A DNA stretch of 42,411 nt from the sequence record DRR378314_188; one strand, written 5' to 3'. Below, in pieces: positions 18,397-28,326 of the stretch (within the stretch, counting starts at the first letter, position 1; each line of letters begins with the position of its first letter). Made by a program: the position numbers and the translations under genes. The notes below the pieces were generated by a model. That model did no database searches. It had not been told where the DNA came from and was given only the letters and a program-made list of their open reading frames with translations.

Positions 18397-19344
18397 ATGG
18401 TGAGCATAAAGCAGATTGCAGCGGATATCGGCGTATCAGCCGCCACTGTATCGAATGCGCTCACCGGAAAAGGACGGGTCTCAGGCGAGATGGCCGCACG
18501 CATCCGCCAACGCGCCGAAGAACTGGGCTATCGCCCCAATGTAACCGCCCGCGCACTGAAGACCGGCCAGACCGGCATTCTCGGTCTGGTCATGCCCGAC
18601 CTGACCAACCCGCTATTTCCTCGTATCGCCCAAGGTCTGTCTGATGCCGCAGACGAGCGTCGACTGGGCATACTGATCGCGGATTCCCGCGGCAGTGCCG
18701 GCGAACAACGCAACGCCATGCGTCGCCTGATCGACCGAGGAGTGGATGGGTTACTGGTAGTCCCGCAAAAAGGCTCGGCGCCGGAGCCTCAGGTGGTGCC
18801 GATGGTGGTCATAAACACGCCCTCCGATCCGCAAAGTACCGTTTCCGCCGATCACGTCGGTGGAGGGCATCTTATCGGCAGCCACATCGCGGCCCTTGGC
18901 CACCGAAAGGTCGTCCTGTTGGGTGGTGACGAAGTGTCCGAGGTACAGCAGGATCGGATCGCGGGCATGCGTGCTGCGCTAGATGCAACGGCCGAGGTCG
19001 TAGTGTGCTGGGGCAATACCGGAATATCCGAACTCCCAAAACGGATCGCAGGCGGCGCGACTGCAGTTTTGGCAACCTCGGACCTGCTTGCCTTGCAAGT
19101 TCAGTCGACCCTGTCGCAAGCCGGGCTGTCGGTGCCCCGGGACGTCAGTCTGACGGGGTTTGACGACCTGCCGCTGGCAACTGCCATGCATCCGGCTCTG
19201 ACCACGGTGGCGCAGGACGTAAACCAGATCGCAAATCGCGCCGTCACCGTGATCTGCGAGCGGATCGCCGGCCAACCGGCACCGCAAACTGGAGAGACCA
19301 TTCCAACGCGCCTCGTGGTGCGCTCCTCCACCAGATCACGCTGA
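18397..19344 (+). CDS. LacI-family transcriptional regulator
   Basis: SIKQIAADIGVSAATVSNAL HTH; LGYRPN..ARAL hinge; PRDVSLTGFDD; LTTVAQ; LVVRSST. ATG 18397 follows GGAG. Confidence 0.95.
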   Translation: MVSIKQIAADIGVSAATVSNALTGKGRVSGEMAARIRQRAEELGYRPNVTARALKTGQTGILGLVMPDLTNPLFPRIAQGLSDAADERRLGILIADSRGSAGEQRNAMRRLIDRGVDGLLVVPQKGSAPEPQVVPMVVINTPSDPQSTVSADHVGGGHLIGSHIAALGHRKVVLLGGDEVSEVQQDRIAGMRAALDATAEVVVCWGNTGISELPKRIAGGATAVLATSDLLALQVQSTLSQAGLSVPRDVSLTGFDDLPLATAMHPALTTVAQDVNQIANRAVTVICERIAGQPAPQTGETIPTRLVVRSSTRSR

Positions 19345-19396
19345 AATCCAGAACCACGCCACAGTCCAACCCTCTGCCAACCGGGAGTTCAACATC

Positions 19397-20413
19397 ATGA
19401 AAACCACCGTTTCCGCTACCGCCCTCGTCTGCGCCCTCGCCGGGGCCGCCCATGCGGACAAAACTCTGACCATCTCGGTCTATTCCTTTGCACAGGACGA
19501 GTACAAAAAGGCATTGTATGATCCGTTCGAAGAGATGTGTGGCTGCGACCTGATCGTGGAGACAGGCAACAGCGTCGAGCGTATGGCAAAGATCGAGGCC
19601 AATGCCGCAGATCCGGTCATCGACATGGCCGTACTGTCCAGCCACGACGCCCTCAACCTTGCACAAAAGGGCCTGATCGCGCCAATCAACACCGGCGCAC
19701 TCAGCAACTTCGACAAGCTCTATGAAACAGCACAGAACCCCATTGGCGACAATATGGCGGTCGGCTACACCTTCTACGCCAGTTCCATCGTGTACCGCAC
19801 AGATTTGGTCGAGATCGACAGCTGGGCGGACCTCCTGAACGAGGACGTCGCAGGGCGCGTCGCACTGCCCAACATCACTGGCACCCAAGGTCCGCTGACG
19901 CTGATGATGCTCGACAAGGCCGCAGGCGGCTCGGGCGAGGATCTCTCCGGCACCATTTCCGCCATTGGAGAGCATGCAGACGATATCGTGACCTTCTATT
20001 CCCGCTCGTCCGAGCTGGCACAGCTGATGAACCAGGAAGAGGTCATCGCAGCGCCTGTGGGCCGGTTCGCCTGGAGCCGTTTCAAGGATTCTGGCCTGCC
20101 GTTCGCCTGGGCCGAGCCCAAGGAAGGTCAGGCCGGTGGCATGAATGTGATGGTGATGACCAAGGACAACGGCAACGAAGAACTGGCCACCCAGTTCATG
20201 GACTACTGGCTGTCGTCCGAGGTTCAGACTCGCATTGCAGAAGCGCTGATCGACAGCCCCGCGAACAAGGAAGTGACGCTGAGCGACGAAGTGGCGGAAA
20301 GCCTGACTTACGGCGCAGACCTGATCAATGCCCTGAACATCCTGCCTGCGCAGTCGATCATCGACAACCGCGAGACCTGGGTCGAGCAGTGGAACACCGA
20401 GGTCATCCGCTAA
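19397..20413 (+). CDS. ABC transporter substrate-binding protein (PotD/PotF-like clan)
   Basis: Signal peptide ending AHA|D; IDSWADLL; EPKEG; FMDYWLSSEVQ; first gene of an ABC cassette. Confidence 0.88.
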   Translation: MKTTVSATALVCALAGAAHADKTLTISVYSFAQDEYKKALYDPFEEMCGCDLIVETGNSVERMAKIEANAADPVIDMAVLSSHDALNLAQKGLIAPINTGALSNFDKLYETAQNPIGDNMAVGYTFYASSIVYRTDLVEIDSWADLLNEDVAGRVALPNITGTQGPLTLMMLDKAAGGSGEDLSGTISAIGEHADDIVTFYSRSSELAQLMNQEEVIAAPVGRFAWSRFKDSGLPFAWAEPKEGQAGGMNVMVMTKDNGNEELATQFMDYWLSSEVQTRIAEALIDSPANKEVTLSDEVAESLTYGADLINALNILPAQSIIDNRETWVEQWNTEVIR

Positions 20414-20438
20414 ACGCCCCCACCGATCCTGATCCCCC

Positions 20439-20467
20439 GGCGGTCCGCGTCACACGGACCGCCTTTT
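20439..20467 (+). terminator. Intra-operon hairpin after the binding-protein gene (partial terminator or mRNA stabiliser)
   Basis: GGCGGTCCG-cgtcaca-CGGACCGCC followed by TTTT. Confidence 0.65.
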
Positions 20468-20483
20468 CAGACGAGGCAACCTG

Positions 20484-21305
20484 ATGTTTTTGAATAAAAA
20501 AGAAGGGCTGATCCTGGCCTTGCCTGCAGCTATTTTTGCCATGCTCCTGTTCCTGGTGCCGGTGACGATCCTCCTGTCCGAGGCATTCCGCCTTGATGGC
20601 AACTGGAGCGTGCAGGGCTATATCGACTTCTTCTCCAAGCCGCTCAATCAGGTGGTCTTTCTGCGCACGCTGAAATTGGGAGTGCTCGTCGCAGGTACCT
20701 CAGCGGTGATCGGCTACGCCGCGGCCTTCTGTATCGTGAACCTACCCGCCAAATCGCGCGGTCGTGTCTTTGGTCTTGTGGTGCTGCCACTTATGATCTC
20801 CCCGGTGGCACGGACCTACGCCTGGATCGTGATCCTTGGACGCACCGGCATCGTCAACGATGTGATCACGGGCCTTGGCCTCTCAGACACTCCCGTCAGG
20901 CTCTTGTTCACAGAAACCGCCGTTTTCCTGGGCCTGTTGCAGCTGTTCCTGCCGCTGATGATCATTTCACTGGTTTCGGCCATGGAGAATATCCCCCGCG
21001 ATGTGATCCCCGCCGCACGTGTGCTGGGTGCAAGCTGGATCCAGGTCTTTTTCCGCGTCATCCTGCCCCTGACCAAAGAGGGGCTGGTGGTCGGCGGCAC
21101 GCTGGTCTTTACCGGCGCGCTCACCGCCTACATCACCCCTGCGATCCTTGGCGGGTCGAAAGTACTGATGTTGGAGACGCTGCTTTATCAACGTGTGAAC
21201 GTGGCCAATGACTTTGTCTCTGCCAGCGTGATCGCCATGATCCTCATAGTGATGTCCTTCTCGGCCAATCTGGTCCTGAAGCGCCTCGCCTCGGCACGGA
21301 GCTGA
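20484..21305 (+). CDS. ABC transporter permease (PotB-like)
   Basis: LPLMISPVARTYAWIVILG; EAA-like loop PAARVLGAS..QVFFRVILPL; YITPAILGG. Confidence 0.92.
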   Translation: MFLNKKEGLILALPAAIFAMLLFLVPVTILLSEAFRLDGNWSVQGYIDFFSKPLNQVVFLRTLKLGVLVAGTSAVIGYAAAFCIVNLPAKSRGRVFGLVVLPLMISPVARTYAWIVILGRTGIVNDVITGLGLSDTPVRLLFTETAVFLGLLQLFLPLMIISLVSAMENIPRDVIPAARVLGASWIQVFFRVILPLTKEGLVVGGTLVFTGALTAYITPAILGGSKVLMLETLLYQRVNVANDFVSASVIAMILIVMSFSANLVLKRLASARS

Positions 21306-21310
21306 CCCTC

Positions 21311-22093
21311 ATGCAGATGCGCAACCTCAGCAGTTGGCTGATCCTCGGTCTGACCCTGACCTTTCTGATCGGCCCTTTCATCATCATCATCTTCGCGGGC
21401 GCGTCCGCCGGAAATACACTTACATTTCCTCCGGACGGGCTCTCGCTGAAATGGTATCTCAAGGTTTTCACGGTCGAGAGTTTCCGAGCCAGCTTCCTGC
21501 TGTCGATGTTTCTTGCCATTTTCGGCACGATCACTGCGCTGGTGCTGGGTGTGCCCGCCGCCTATGCGCTGAACCGCTACAAACTGCCCGGCGATGAACT
21601 GATACGCACCATCGTAGCCGCCCCCATCATCGTGCCCGGTATCATCGTCGGCCTGGCACTGCTTCGTTATCTGGTGGTGCCGCTGAACTTCACCGTCGGC
21701 ATGGCGCTGTTCTTCGCCCATACCGCGCTGATTCTGCCCTATGCGGTGCGCGTGGTCTCGTCGAGCCTCAACAATCTGCGCTCGGACATGGAAGAGGCCG
21801 CGGTGCTTCTCGGGTGCACGCGGGTGCAGGCCTTCTTCAAGGTGGTGCTGCCCAATATCCGTGGCGGCGTACTTGCGGCCTTCATCCTGGGGTTTGTGAC
21901 CAGCTTCAACCAGGTGCCGGTGTCACTGTTCCTGTCCGGCCCCGGCGTACGCACCCTGCCGATCGATATGCTGAGTTATATGGAGATCACCTACGATCCC
22001 TCCGTTGCAGCCCTCTCCGCCCTTCTTGCCTTTATGTCGGTGGCCATCGTGTTTACCGCCGAACGTCTTCTGGGATTTTCTCGCTATGTCTGA
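21311..22093 (+). CDS. ABC transporter permease (PotC-like)
   Basis: FPPDGLSLKWY; EEAAVLLGCT..QAFFKVVLP; TLPI. Confidence 0.92.
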   Translation: MQMRNLSSWLILGLTLTFLIGPFIIIIFAGASAGNTLTFPPDGLSLKWYLKVFTVESFRASFLLSMFLAIFGTITALVLGVPAAYALNRYKLPGDELIRTIVAAPIIVPGIIVGLALLRYLVVPLNFTVGMALFFAHTALILPYAVRVVSSSLNNLRSDMEEAAVLLGCTRVQAFFKVVLPNIRGGVLAAFILGFVTSFNQVPVSLFLSGPGVRTLPIDMLSYMEITYDPSVAALSALLAFMSVAIVFTAERLLGFSRYV

Positions 22094-23099
22094 TGCCTTT
22101 GTCCGCCTGAATGATCTGACGCTATCGTATGGCAACACGGTTGCTGTGCCGGACTTGAACCTCGATATCCGCGAAGGTGAGCTGATCGCACTCCTCGGCC
22201 CTTCCGGCTGCGGCAAGACGACCACGATGCGGGCGATTGCCGGGCTCCTGACGCCAACCTCCGGTCATATCGAAATCGATGGACGTGATGTCACCCGGAT
22301 GCCTGCGAACAAGCGTGGCATCGGGCTGGTGTTCCAGTCCTACGCGCTGTTCCCGCACCTGAACGCATTTGAAAACGTGGCCTTCGGTCTGCGACTGCAA
22401 AAGCTGCCAGAAGCCGAAATCCGCGCGAAGACCGAAGCCGGGATCGCCACCGTTGGTCTTGCCGGGTTCGAAGCGCGCAAACCGGCCGAGATGTCTGGTG
22501 GGCAGCAACAGCGTCTGGCATTGGCACGCTCCCTGGTGATGGAACCGAAGGTTCTTCTGCTCGATGAGCCGCTGTCAAACCTCGATGCCCGTCTGCGTCT
22601 GGAAATGCGGACAGAGCTGCAGCGGGTGCAGAAGGAAACCGGCGTCACCATGGTATTTGTGACCCACGACCAGAGCGAAGCACTGGCCATGGCAGATCGC
22701 ATTGTTCTGATGCGCGACGGGAAGATCGAACAGTTGGGCACCCCCGCCGACCTGTATGATCGCCCGGAAACCGCGTTCGCTGCAGAGTTCATGGGATTTG
22801 AGAACATCCTGCGATGCGAGGGACGCCAGCTCGTCTCCGATCACGGTCGGATCGCCGTAGGCTATGAAAGCGCCGCCCCCGTTCTGGCTTGGCGCCCTGA
22901 TGCAGTGCAAATCGGTAGCGGGCCGCTTGAGGGCCGCGTGCTCGCCAGCAGCTTCGCCGGTGGACACCGTGAGTATGTGCTCGACAGCGCACTCGGCCCG
23001 ATCAAGGCAGACGCACCGGTCTCTGTGCCGCAGGTCGAAATTGGCGACACGGTCGCCTTTGACTTGCCAGAGACCACCGCGCGGCAGCTCTTTGCATGA
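22086..23099 (+). CDS. ABC transporter ATP-binding protein (PotA-like, C-terminal TOBE)
   Basis: Walker A GPSGCGKT; VFQSYALFPH; MSGGQQQR; LLLDEPLSNLD; FVTHDQ. ATG 22086 overlaps the permease end. Confidence 0.95.
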   Translation: MSDAFVRLNDLTLSYGNTVAVPDLNLDIREGELIALLGPSGCGKTTTMRAIAGLLTPTSGHIEIDGRDVTRMPANKRGIGLVFQSYALFPHLNAFENVAFGLRLQKLPEAEIRAKTEAGIATVGLAGFEARKPAEMSGGQQQRLALARSLVMEPKVLLLDEPLSNLDARLRLEMRTELQRVQKETGVTMVFVTHDQSEALAMADRIVLMRDGKIEQLGTPADLYDRPETAFAAEFMGFENILRCEGRQLVSDHGRIAVGYESAAPVLAWRPDAVQIGSGPLEGRVLASSFAGGHREYVLDSALGPIKADAPVSVPQVEIGDTVAFDLPETTARQLFA

Positions 23100-24007
23100 C
23101 GTCTCACCTGAAACCGCTCTGGGTCGACACCGACTACGGGTTCGATGATCTCTGGGCGCTGCTGGTGCTGTTGCGGCATGGAGTTGCCCCGGAGGGGATT
23201 TCCCTTGTTGCCGGCAACACCACCCTGCCCCGCGTCATCGCCAATGCGCGGGGGGCGGCTGCCGCCTACAATATCTCTGCGCCCTTATACGTCGGGGCGT
23301 CACAGCCCCTGACACGCCCGCCCGAAACCGCAGAACGTGTGCTGAGTGCGCGCGGGATGACCAGCCGTGGCCAATACCTCCCCGAGGTGACAGGCTCCGA
23401 CCTGCCGATGGCTCTGCCGGCGCTGATCGACTGGCTATTGTCCGCGCCCGATGGCGCCGCACGCGAAATTCTGGCGCTTGGTCCGCTGACCAATATCGCA
23501 CAGCTGATATTCAAAGCCCCGGTGGCCGCACAAAAGATAACCCGGCTCGTCTGGATGGGGGGCAGCAATGGCCCCGGCAATCATTCCGCGCGGGCTGAGT
23601 TCAACGCCTTGGCCGATCCGGAGGCCGCCGATGTGGTGACTGATGCAGGGCTACCGCTTGAGGTAGCAGACCTTACGATATGCCGTCAGGTGAGCTTTGG
23701 CCCGGATGATTTGCCCGCAATGGACGCGCTGAGTGCTGACCTCCTCGGCGGGTATCTTGACATCGGCCTTAGCCGCGGTCGCGCAGGGATGTCGATCTAC
23801 GATCCCGTGGCGGCGCTGATCTACGCCCGTCCGGACCTGTTCGACAGCAGCCCGGTAGACATGACGGTCTCTGTCACGCCGGATGACAGCTACGGAGAAA
23901 CTCGCTTTGCGCCCGCCGCACTCGGCAAGACACGGCTGGTCACCACCTGCCACGCCGATGCTGCGCGGATCTGCCTTGACTGCCTGACGGGACTTGCCAC
24001 CAGATGA
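23096..24007 (+). CDS. Nucleoside hydrolase (IU-NH family), atypical active site
   Basis: DTDYGFDD Ca-binding motif; VAGN; LGPLTNIA; WMGGS; GN..ARAEFNALADPEAA; IYDP. ATGA overlap. Confidence 0.88.
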   Translation: MTSHLKPLWVDTDYGFDDLWALLVLLRHGVAPEGISLVAGNTTLPRVIANARGAAAAYNISAPLYVGASQPLTRPPETAERVLSARGMTSRGQYLPEVTGSDLPMALPALIDWLLSAPDGAAREILALGPLTNIAQLIFKAPVAAQKITRLVWMGGSNGPGNHSARAEFNALADPEAADVVTDAGLPLEVADLTICRQVSFGPDDLPAMDALSADLLGGYLDIGLSRGRAGMSIYDPVAALIYARPDLFDSSPVDMTVSVTPDDSYGETRFAPAALGKTRLVTTCHADAARICLDCLTGLATR

Positions 24008-25779
24008 CCATCGATCCCAACCTGAAGGACCCCGATTTACGCGGGCGGGCCGTGCGCGCCGCACGAGGGCTAGCCCCCTTTGATCTCCTGATTAAAAACG
24101 CGCTACTGCCGGACATGATCACGGGCCGCACCCGTTCTGCCGATGTCGGCATCGTCGGCGCGCTCATCGCCAGTGTCCACGCACCGGACCCGACGCGACA
24201 GGCCCACAAACGGATTGATGCCGCAGGAAAACATGTCCTGCCCGGCCTGATCGACACGCATATGCACGTAGAGAGCTCCATGGTCTCGCCCGAGGCCTAT
24301 GCACAGAAAATGCTGCCCGCAGGAGTCACAACGGCGCTTTGGGATCCGCATGAGCTGGCCAATGCCGCCGGGATGGCCGGGGTGACATATGCCTGCGCTG
24401 CTGCAGCCCGTTCACCGATGCGTCTTCTGGTGCTCGCCCCTTCCTGCGTGCCCTCGGCGCCCGGCTATGAAGCCGGAGGTGGCGATTTTGATGCGTCCGT
24501 CATCGCAGACCTGTTGAACCGCGACGATATTCACGGCCTGGCGGAACTGATGACCATGCAGCCGCTGCTGTCCGGAGATCCACGGGTGAAGGGCATCGTT
24601 GATGCCGGTCTGGCCAGCGGCAAGAGGGTGTGCGGCCATGCCCGCGGCCTCGCGGGAGGTGACCTCAACGCCTATGCCGCCGCCGGTGTTGAAACAGATC
24701 ACGAATTGACTTCTGCCGCCGACCTCGTGGCCCGGCTGGAGGCCGGGATGACCGTCGAGTTGCGTGGTTCCCATGAACATCTTCTGCCGGAATTCGTGAC
24801 GGCGCTGAACGAGATGGGACATTTGCCGCAGACGGTAACCCTCTGCACCGATGATGTATTTCCGGATGATCTGCTTCAGCGTGGCGGCCTCAACCGTTTG
24901 ATGCGTGTGTTGATCTCACTTGGATTGCCCTTGGAGTGGACCTATCGCGCCGCCACCGTCAACGCGGCAACACGGATCGGTCGGTCTGATCTGGGCCTTG
25001 TCGCACCGGGCCGCCGGGCGGATCTGGTGCTGGTCTCCGACATGAGTGCAGTGCAGACAGATATCGTGCTGGTGAACGGCGAGATCGTCGCCGAAAACGG
25101 CATACTGACGACAGATCCCGCTCCGGTCGCCTGCCCACCGGCACTGCAACACACCATCGACCTGCCGGCCTTTACCTGCGCTGAATTTGAGATCCCTGCC
25201 CGGGGCCCGCGCGCCCGTATTGCGACCCTGTCAAAACCGCGCTTTCCCGAATGGGGTGAACGCATTGTCGAGGTCTCCAACGGGCACATTCTGCTACCTG
25301 AGGACATGATCCGCATGAGCGTGAGCAACCGCTACGGAAGCGGGAGCCCGACACGCGTTGCGCTGCTGGAAAACTGGGGCACATGGCGCGGCGCCTATGC
25401 CAGCACCGTGTCGCATGACAGCCACAACCTCACCACCTTTGGTCGCGATCCTGCGGATATGGCAGCCGCCGCCAATACCGTGCGCGACATGCAAGGTGGT
25501 CTGGCCGTGGTCGAAGCAGGACAGGTTGTCGCGAAACTGGCACTGCCGACCGCGGGCCTGATGAGTAGTCATGCGCTGGACGATGTCGCCCGAGACTTCA
25601 CCGACCTGCGCCAGACACTCGACGCGCTGGTCGACTGGCAACCGCCCTATCTGGTGTTCAAGGCGCTGTTCGGGGCGTCTCTGGTCTGCAACGTCGGCCC
25701 CAGACTGAGCGACATCGGGCTTGTCGACCCGTTTGCCCACCGGCAAATGACGCACTGCGTGCTCGAGGATGGCTTGTAA
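24004..25779 (+). CDS. ade: Adenine deaminase (amidohydrolase with Ade C-terminal domain)
   Basis: PGLIDTHMHVESS; DPHELAN; APSCVP; GLAELM; CGHAR; DHE; LCTDD; APGRRADL; ASTVSHDSHNL; LPTAGLMS. Confidence 0.9.
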   Translation: MTIDPNLKDPDLRGRAVRAARGLAPFDLLIKNALLPDMITGRTRSADVGIVGALIASVHAPDPTRQAHKRIDAAGKHVLPGLIDTHMHVESSMVSPEAYAQKMLPAGVTTALWDPHELANAAGMAGVTYACAAAARSPMRLLVLAPSCVPSAPGYEAGGGDFDASVIADLLNRDDIHGLAELMTMQPLLSGDPRVKGIVDAGLASGKRVCGHARGLAGGDLNAYAAAGVETDHELTSAADLVARLEAGMTVELRGSHEHLLPEFVTALNEMGHLPQTVTLCTDDVFPDDLLQRGGLNRLMRVLISLGLPLEWTYRAATVNAATRIGRSDLGLVAPGRRADLVLVSDMSAVQTDIVLVNGEIVAENGILTTDPAPVACPPALQHTIDLPAFTCAEFEIPARGPRARIATLSKPRFPEWGERIVEVSNGHILLPEDMIRMSVSNRYGSGSPTRVALLENWGTWRGAYASTVSHDSHNLTTFGRDPADMAAAANTVRDMQGGLAVVEAGQVVAKLALPTAGLMSSHALDDVARDFTDLRQTLDALVDWQPPYLVFKALFGASLVCNVGPRLSDIGLVDPFAHRQMTHCVLEDGL

Positions 25780-26005
25780 ACCCTCCACTTCCAGGGCAGC
25801 AAAGGTCCTGCGGCACCACCGCGCCCCGTGCGTCGCCTGCAATGTGAACTGGATCTGCTGGCAGGACCAGTTCACAAGGCACAATCTGACTGCACAATGG
25901 ACCATCCACATTGGCAATTGCCCAAAACCGCTAAAACGTTGCCGTCACAGTCTTTCGGTGTCAGTATGATCGTAGAACAAAATTGATGCGTAGCAGAGGT
26001 TTAAT

Positions 26006-26257
26006 GTGGCACGTCAGATAGGTTTCATCTTGGTCGCCGGACTGGTGTTGGGCGCATGCACAGCGCCTGGCGGTACCGTCGGCAATGTTCCCGAAGCAGT
26101 GGCCACGCTTGCGGGTCCGAACCAGAACCTCGCAACCGCGCGTGTGCTGCCCGAAGATGGCTGCTACTGGTACATGCACAATGGTCAGGTGGAAACCACG
26201 CTGCTGCCACTGCGTACCGCGAGCGGCAACCCGATCTGCGTCGCGCGCGAGGGCTGA
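26006..26257 (+). CDS. Small lipoprotein of unknown function
   Basis: GTG start after AGAGG; lipobox LGAC; two further Cys (DGCYWY...NPIC). Confidence 0.72.
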   Translation: MARQIGFILVAGLVLGACTAPGGTVGNVPEAVATLAGPNQNLATARVLPEDGCYWYMHNGQVETTLLPLRTASGNPICVAREG

Positions 26258-26263
26258 GGACGC

Positions 26264-26289
26264 GCTGCCCTGACAAGTCTCGGGGCAGC
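26264..26289. terminator. Hairpin between convergent genes
   Basis: GCTGCCCTGA-caagtc-TCGGGGCAGC. Confidence 0.55.
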
Positions 26290-26308
26290 AGCAGTCTCAG
26301 CTCATATG

Positions 26309-26974
26309 TCAGCTTTGTGCCGTGGCATATTTTTCTGCGGCATAAAGATGGGCGGTCGAGCCGACCCTGACGTTCGGATAAAGGTCGTTGATATGCGCCA
26401 TGACCATCCGCACGCAGCCCGAGCTTGCGCGTCCGCCGATCGAACGCGGATGCGGGGTGCCGTGAATGCGTAGATAGGTGTCCCGGTTGCCGACAAAGAG
26501 ATAGAGCGCGCGAGAGCCCAGCGCGTTGCGCGGCCCCGGATCCATCCCGTCAGCAAATTGCTCATAGGCCGCAGGGTCACGCTTGATCATGCTCGGCGTT
26601 GGTGTCCAGGTCGGCCATTCAACCTTGCGGCGGATGGTATAGGTGCCCGGCTCGTAGAGGTTGCCCTTGGCGATCGCCACGCCATATCGCATCGCGGTTC
26701 CGCCCTCTTCGATATGATAGAGGTACCGGGCCACCGCATCGACATGGATGTCACCGGGCACCAACCCATCATTGGCCTCCACGCGTTGCGGCAGGAAGCG
26801 TGGGTGAAAGCCCCAAGGATTAGTGGTCGCAGGATCATACCCCGCCGGTGTCACCTGTGCATCCCACGCAGCCTTGCGGGCAGCCGAGGGACGTCCACTC
26901 GCCAGAACAGGTCCAGCTATCGGCGCTGAAAACAGGGCTGCCGTGGTCGAAATAAAGTGTCGTCTAGTCAACAT
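26309..26974 (-). CDS. L,D-transpeptidase (YkuD family) with Tat signal
   Basis: MLTRRHF signal; RYGVAIA; KVEWPTWTPT; PRNALGSRALYL; catalytic IHGT...ASSGCVRM. Start moved to ATG 26974. Confidence 0.92.
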   Translation of the reverse strand: MLTRRHFISTTAALFSAPIAGPVLASGRPSAARKAAWDAQVTPAGYDPATTNPWGFHPRFLPQRVEANDGLVPGDIHVDAVARYLYHIEEGGTAMRYGVAIAKGNLYEPGTYTIRRKVEWPTWTPTPSMIKRDPAAYEQFADGMDPGPRNALGSRALYLFVGNRDTYLRIHGTPHPRSIGGRASSGCVRMVMAHINDLYPNVRVGSTAHLYAAEKYATAQS

Positions 26975-27201
26975 CGCGTCAAACTCCGTTCTCCGGGATA
27001 CACCCTCGCCAATCCGGTCTCTCGGGAAAACGGCGCAAACAGACTGAAGTTCCCACACCAACCGCTCTCTTAAGTGCTAGCAGATCGCCCTGCGAGAGCA
27101 AGCGCCTGACGCAAATGTGTAGGTCCGGCGGCGATTGTATGGTTGCGAAAACGCCCCGTACGTCCGGAAGATTCTGACGCGCCACTGCCCCCTCAACCAG
27201 A

Positions 27202-28248
27202 TCACGCCTCGCGATATCTGCTCAGGGCGTCCTCGCCACGGGCGCAGGCCCGCAGGAGTTCGTCCCGATCCGCTGCGCCCAGCGCCGCCAATCGCGAGGG
27301 CCGTTTTTCTGGCAGGGCAGCACTGGCGGCGACCCACTCCTGTGGGGCCTCATCCGCGAGATAGAGGCCAAGGCGCGTGATCTCCTCGGCTGGGGCCTCG
27401 CACAGACGTTCATATGACACGACCAGAGGCGCATGCCCGCGCAGAGCCTCCGTCCCTCTGCAGGTGAGTTCGGACCAGAAGGCCCCGCAATCGGTCAACG
27501 AGGGGCGACTGTTCAGGATGTGGCGCAGGCCGCCAAGACCTCCCAAAGACGCGATCAATGGCCAGATCCCGCCTCGCCCATAGTGGCGGCGCGGCGAGAG
27601 CAGATCAATGCCCACCCAGTTCAACCTGCGCCACATCCAAATCGCCAGCCGCGTGGCGGGGTAGTCGCGCATAGACAACGCCGTATCGGGACCGCTGCGT
27701 GTCAGTAGAACCGGTCGCGCCTCGGGAAACATGTCCAACAGGGTGCCCGACGCCAGCAGCGATCCACCCGAACGCTCCACCCAGACGGGCTGGTTTTTGT
27801 GCTTGGCTGCCAATGTCGCAAAGAGCGCCCTATACTGATCCGCCAGACTGCGACTTGGCCACTGCGGAACGTCCTGCGCCAGCTGGCGAAAGAGATCGTC
27901 AGGAGTGTCCGTCAGATGTGGCAGCGTGATCGCAAGGATCGGAGGGCAAAGCCAGGGGTCATGCTCTGGCGCCTGCCCCTTTCCATAGAGAAACTCCCGC
28001 GGGGCACTATCGGGATTACCGACCTGCGACAACGCACGAGAGGGCCGTGACAGATTGCGCCAGAACCGCTTTCCCGACAGGACGTCCGGGCGCAAGGCAT
28101 GCGGCCCCACGGTCGAGAATAATTCAGAGACGGACAGGATGGCCGGATGGCTATTGAGGATATTCGACACCAACGTCGATCCACAGCGCGCCGATCCAAG
28201 GATCAGCCCCCCACGTGGCAGTGCCGCTGGCTGGGTCAGGCCGCTCAT
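27202..28248 (-). CDS. PAPS-dependent sulfotransferase
   Basis: 5'-PSB loop LGSARCGSTLVSNILNSHP; 3'-PB motif RSGPDTALS; VSYERLCEAP. Confidence 0.82.
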   Translation of the reverse strand: MSGLTQPAALPRGGLILGSARCGSTLVSNILNSHPAILSVSELFSTVGPHALRPDVLSGKRFWRNLSRPSRALSQVGNPDSAPREFLYGKGQAPEHDPWLCPPILAITLPHLTDTPDDLFRQLAQDVPQWPSRSLADQYRALFATLAAKHKNQPVWVERSGGSLLASGTLLDMFPEARPVLLTRSGPDTALSMRDYPATRLAIWMWRRLNWVGIDLLSPRRHYGRGGIWPLIASLGGLGGLRHILNSRPSLTDCGAFWSELTCRGTEALRGHAPLVVSYERLCEAPAEEITRLGLYLADEAPQEWVAASAALPEKRPSRLAALGAADRDELLRACARGEDALSRYREA

Positions 28249-28326
28249 GTGGCTGGTGTGCCGAACATGTCGGGGGAAGTTTTGCGGGTTCGCGTCATGC
28301 GTGAGGCCTCAACGGGAATTCTGAAT

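Noticed and set aside
19397-23099. Calling the ABC system potABCD (polyamine uptake)
   Set aside because: The fold is Pot-like, but the operon context (nucleoside hydrolase, adenine deaminase, LacI) points to purine-type ligands; no gene symbols assigned.
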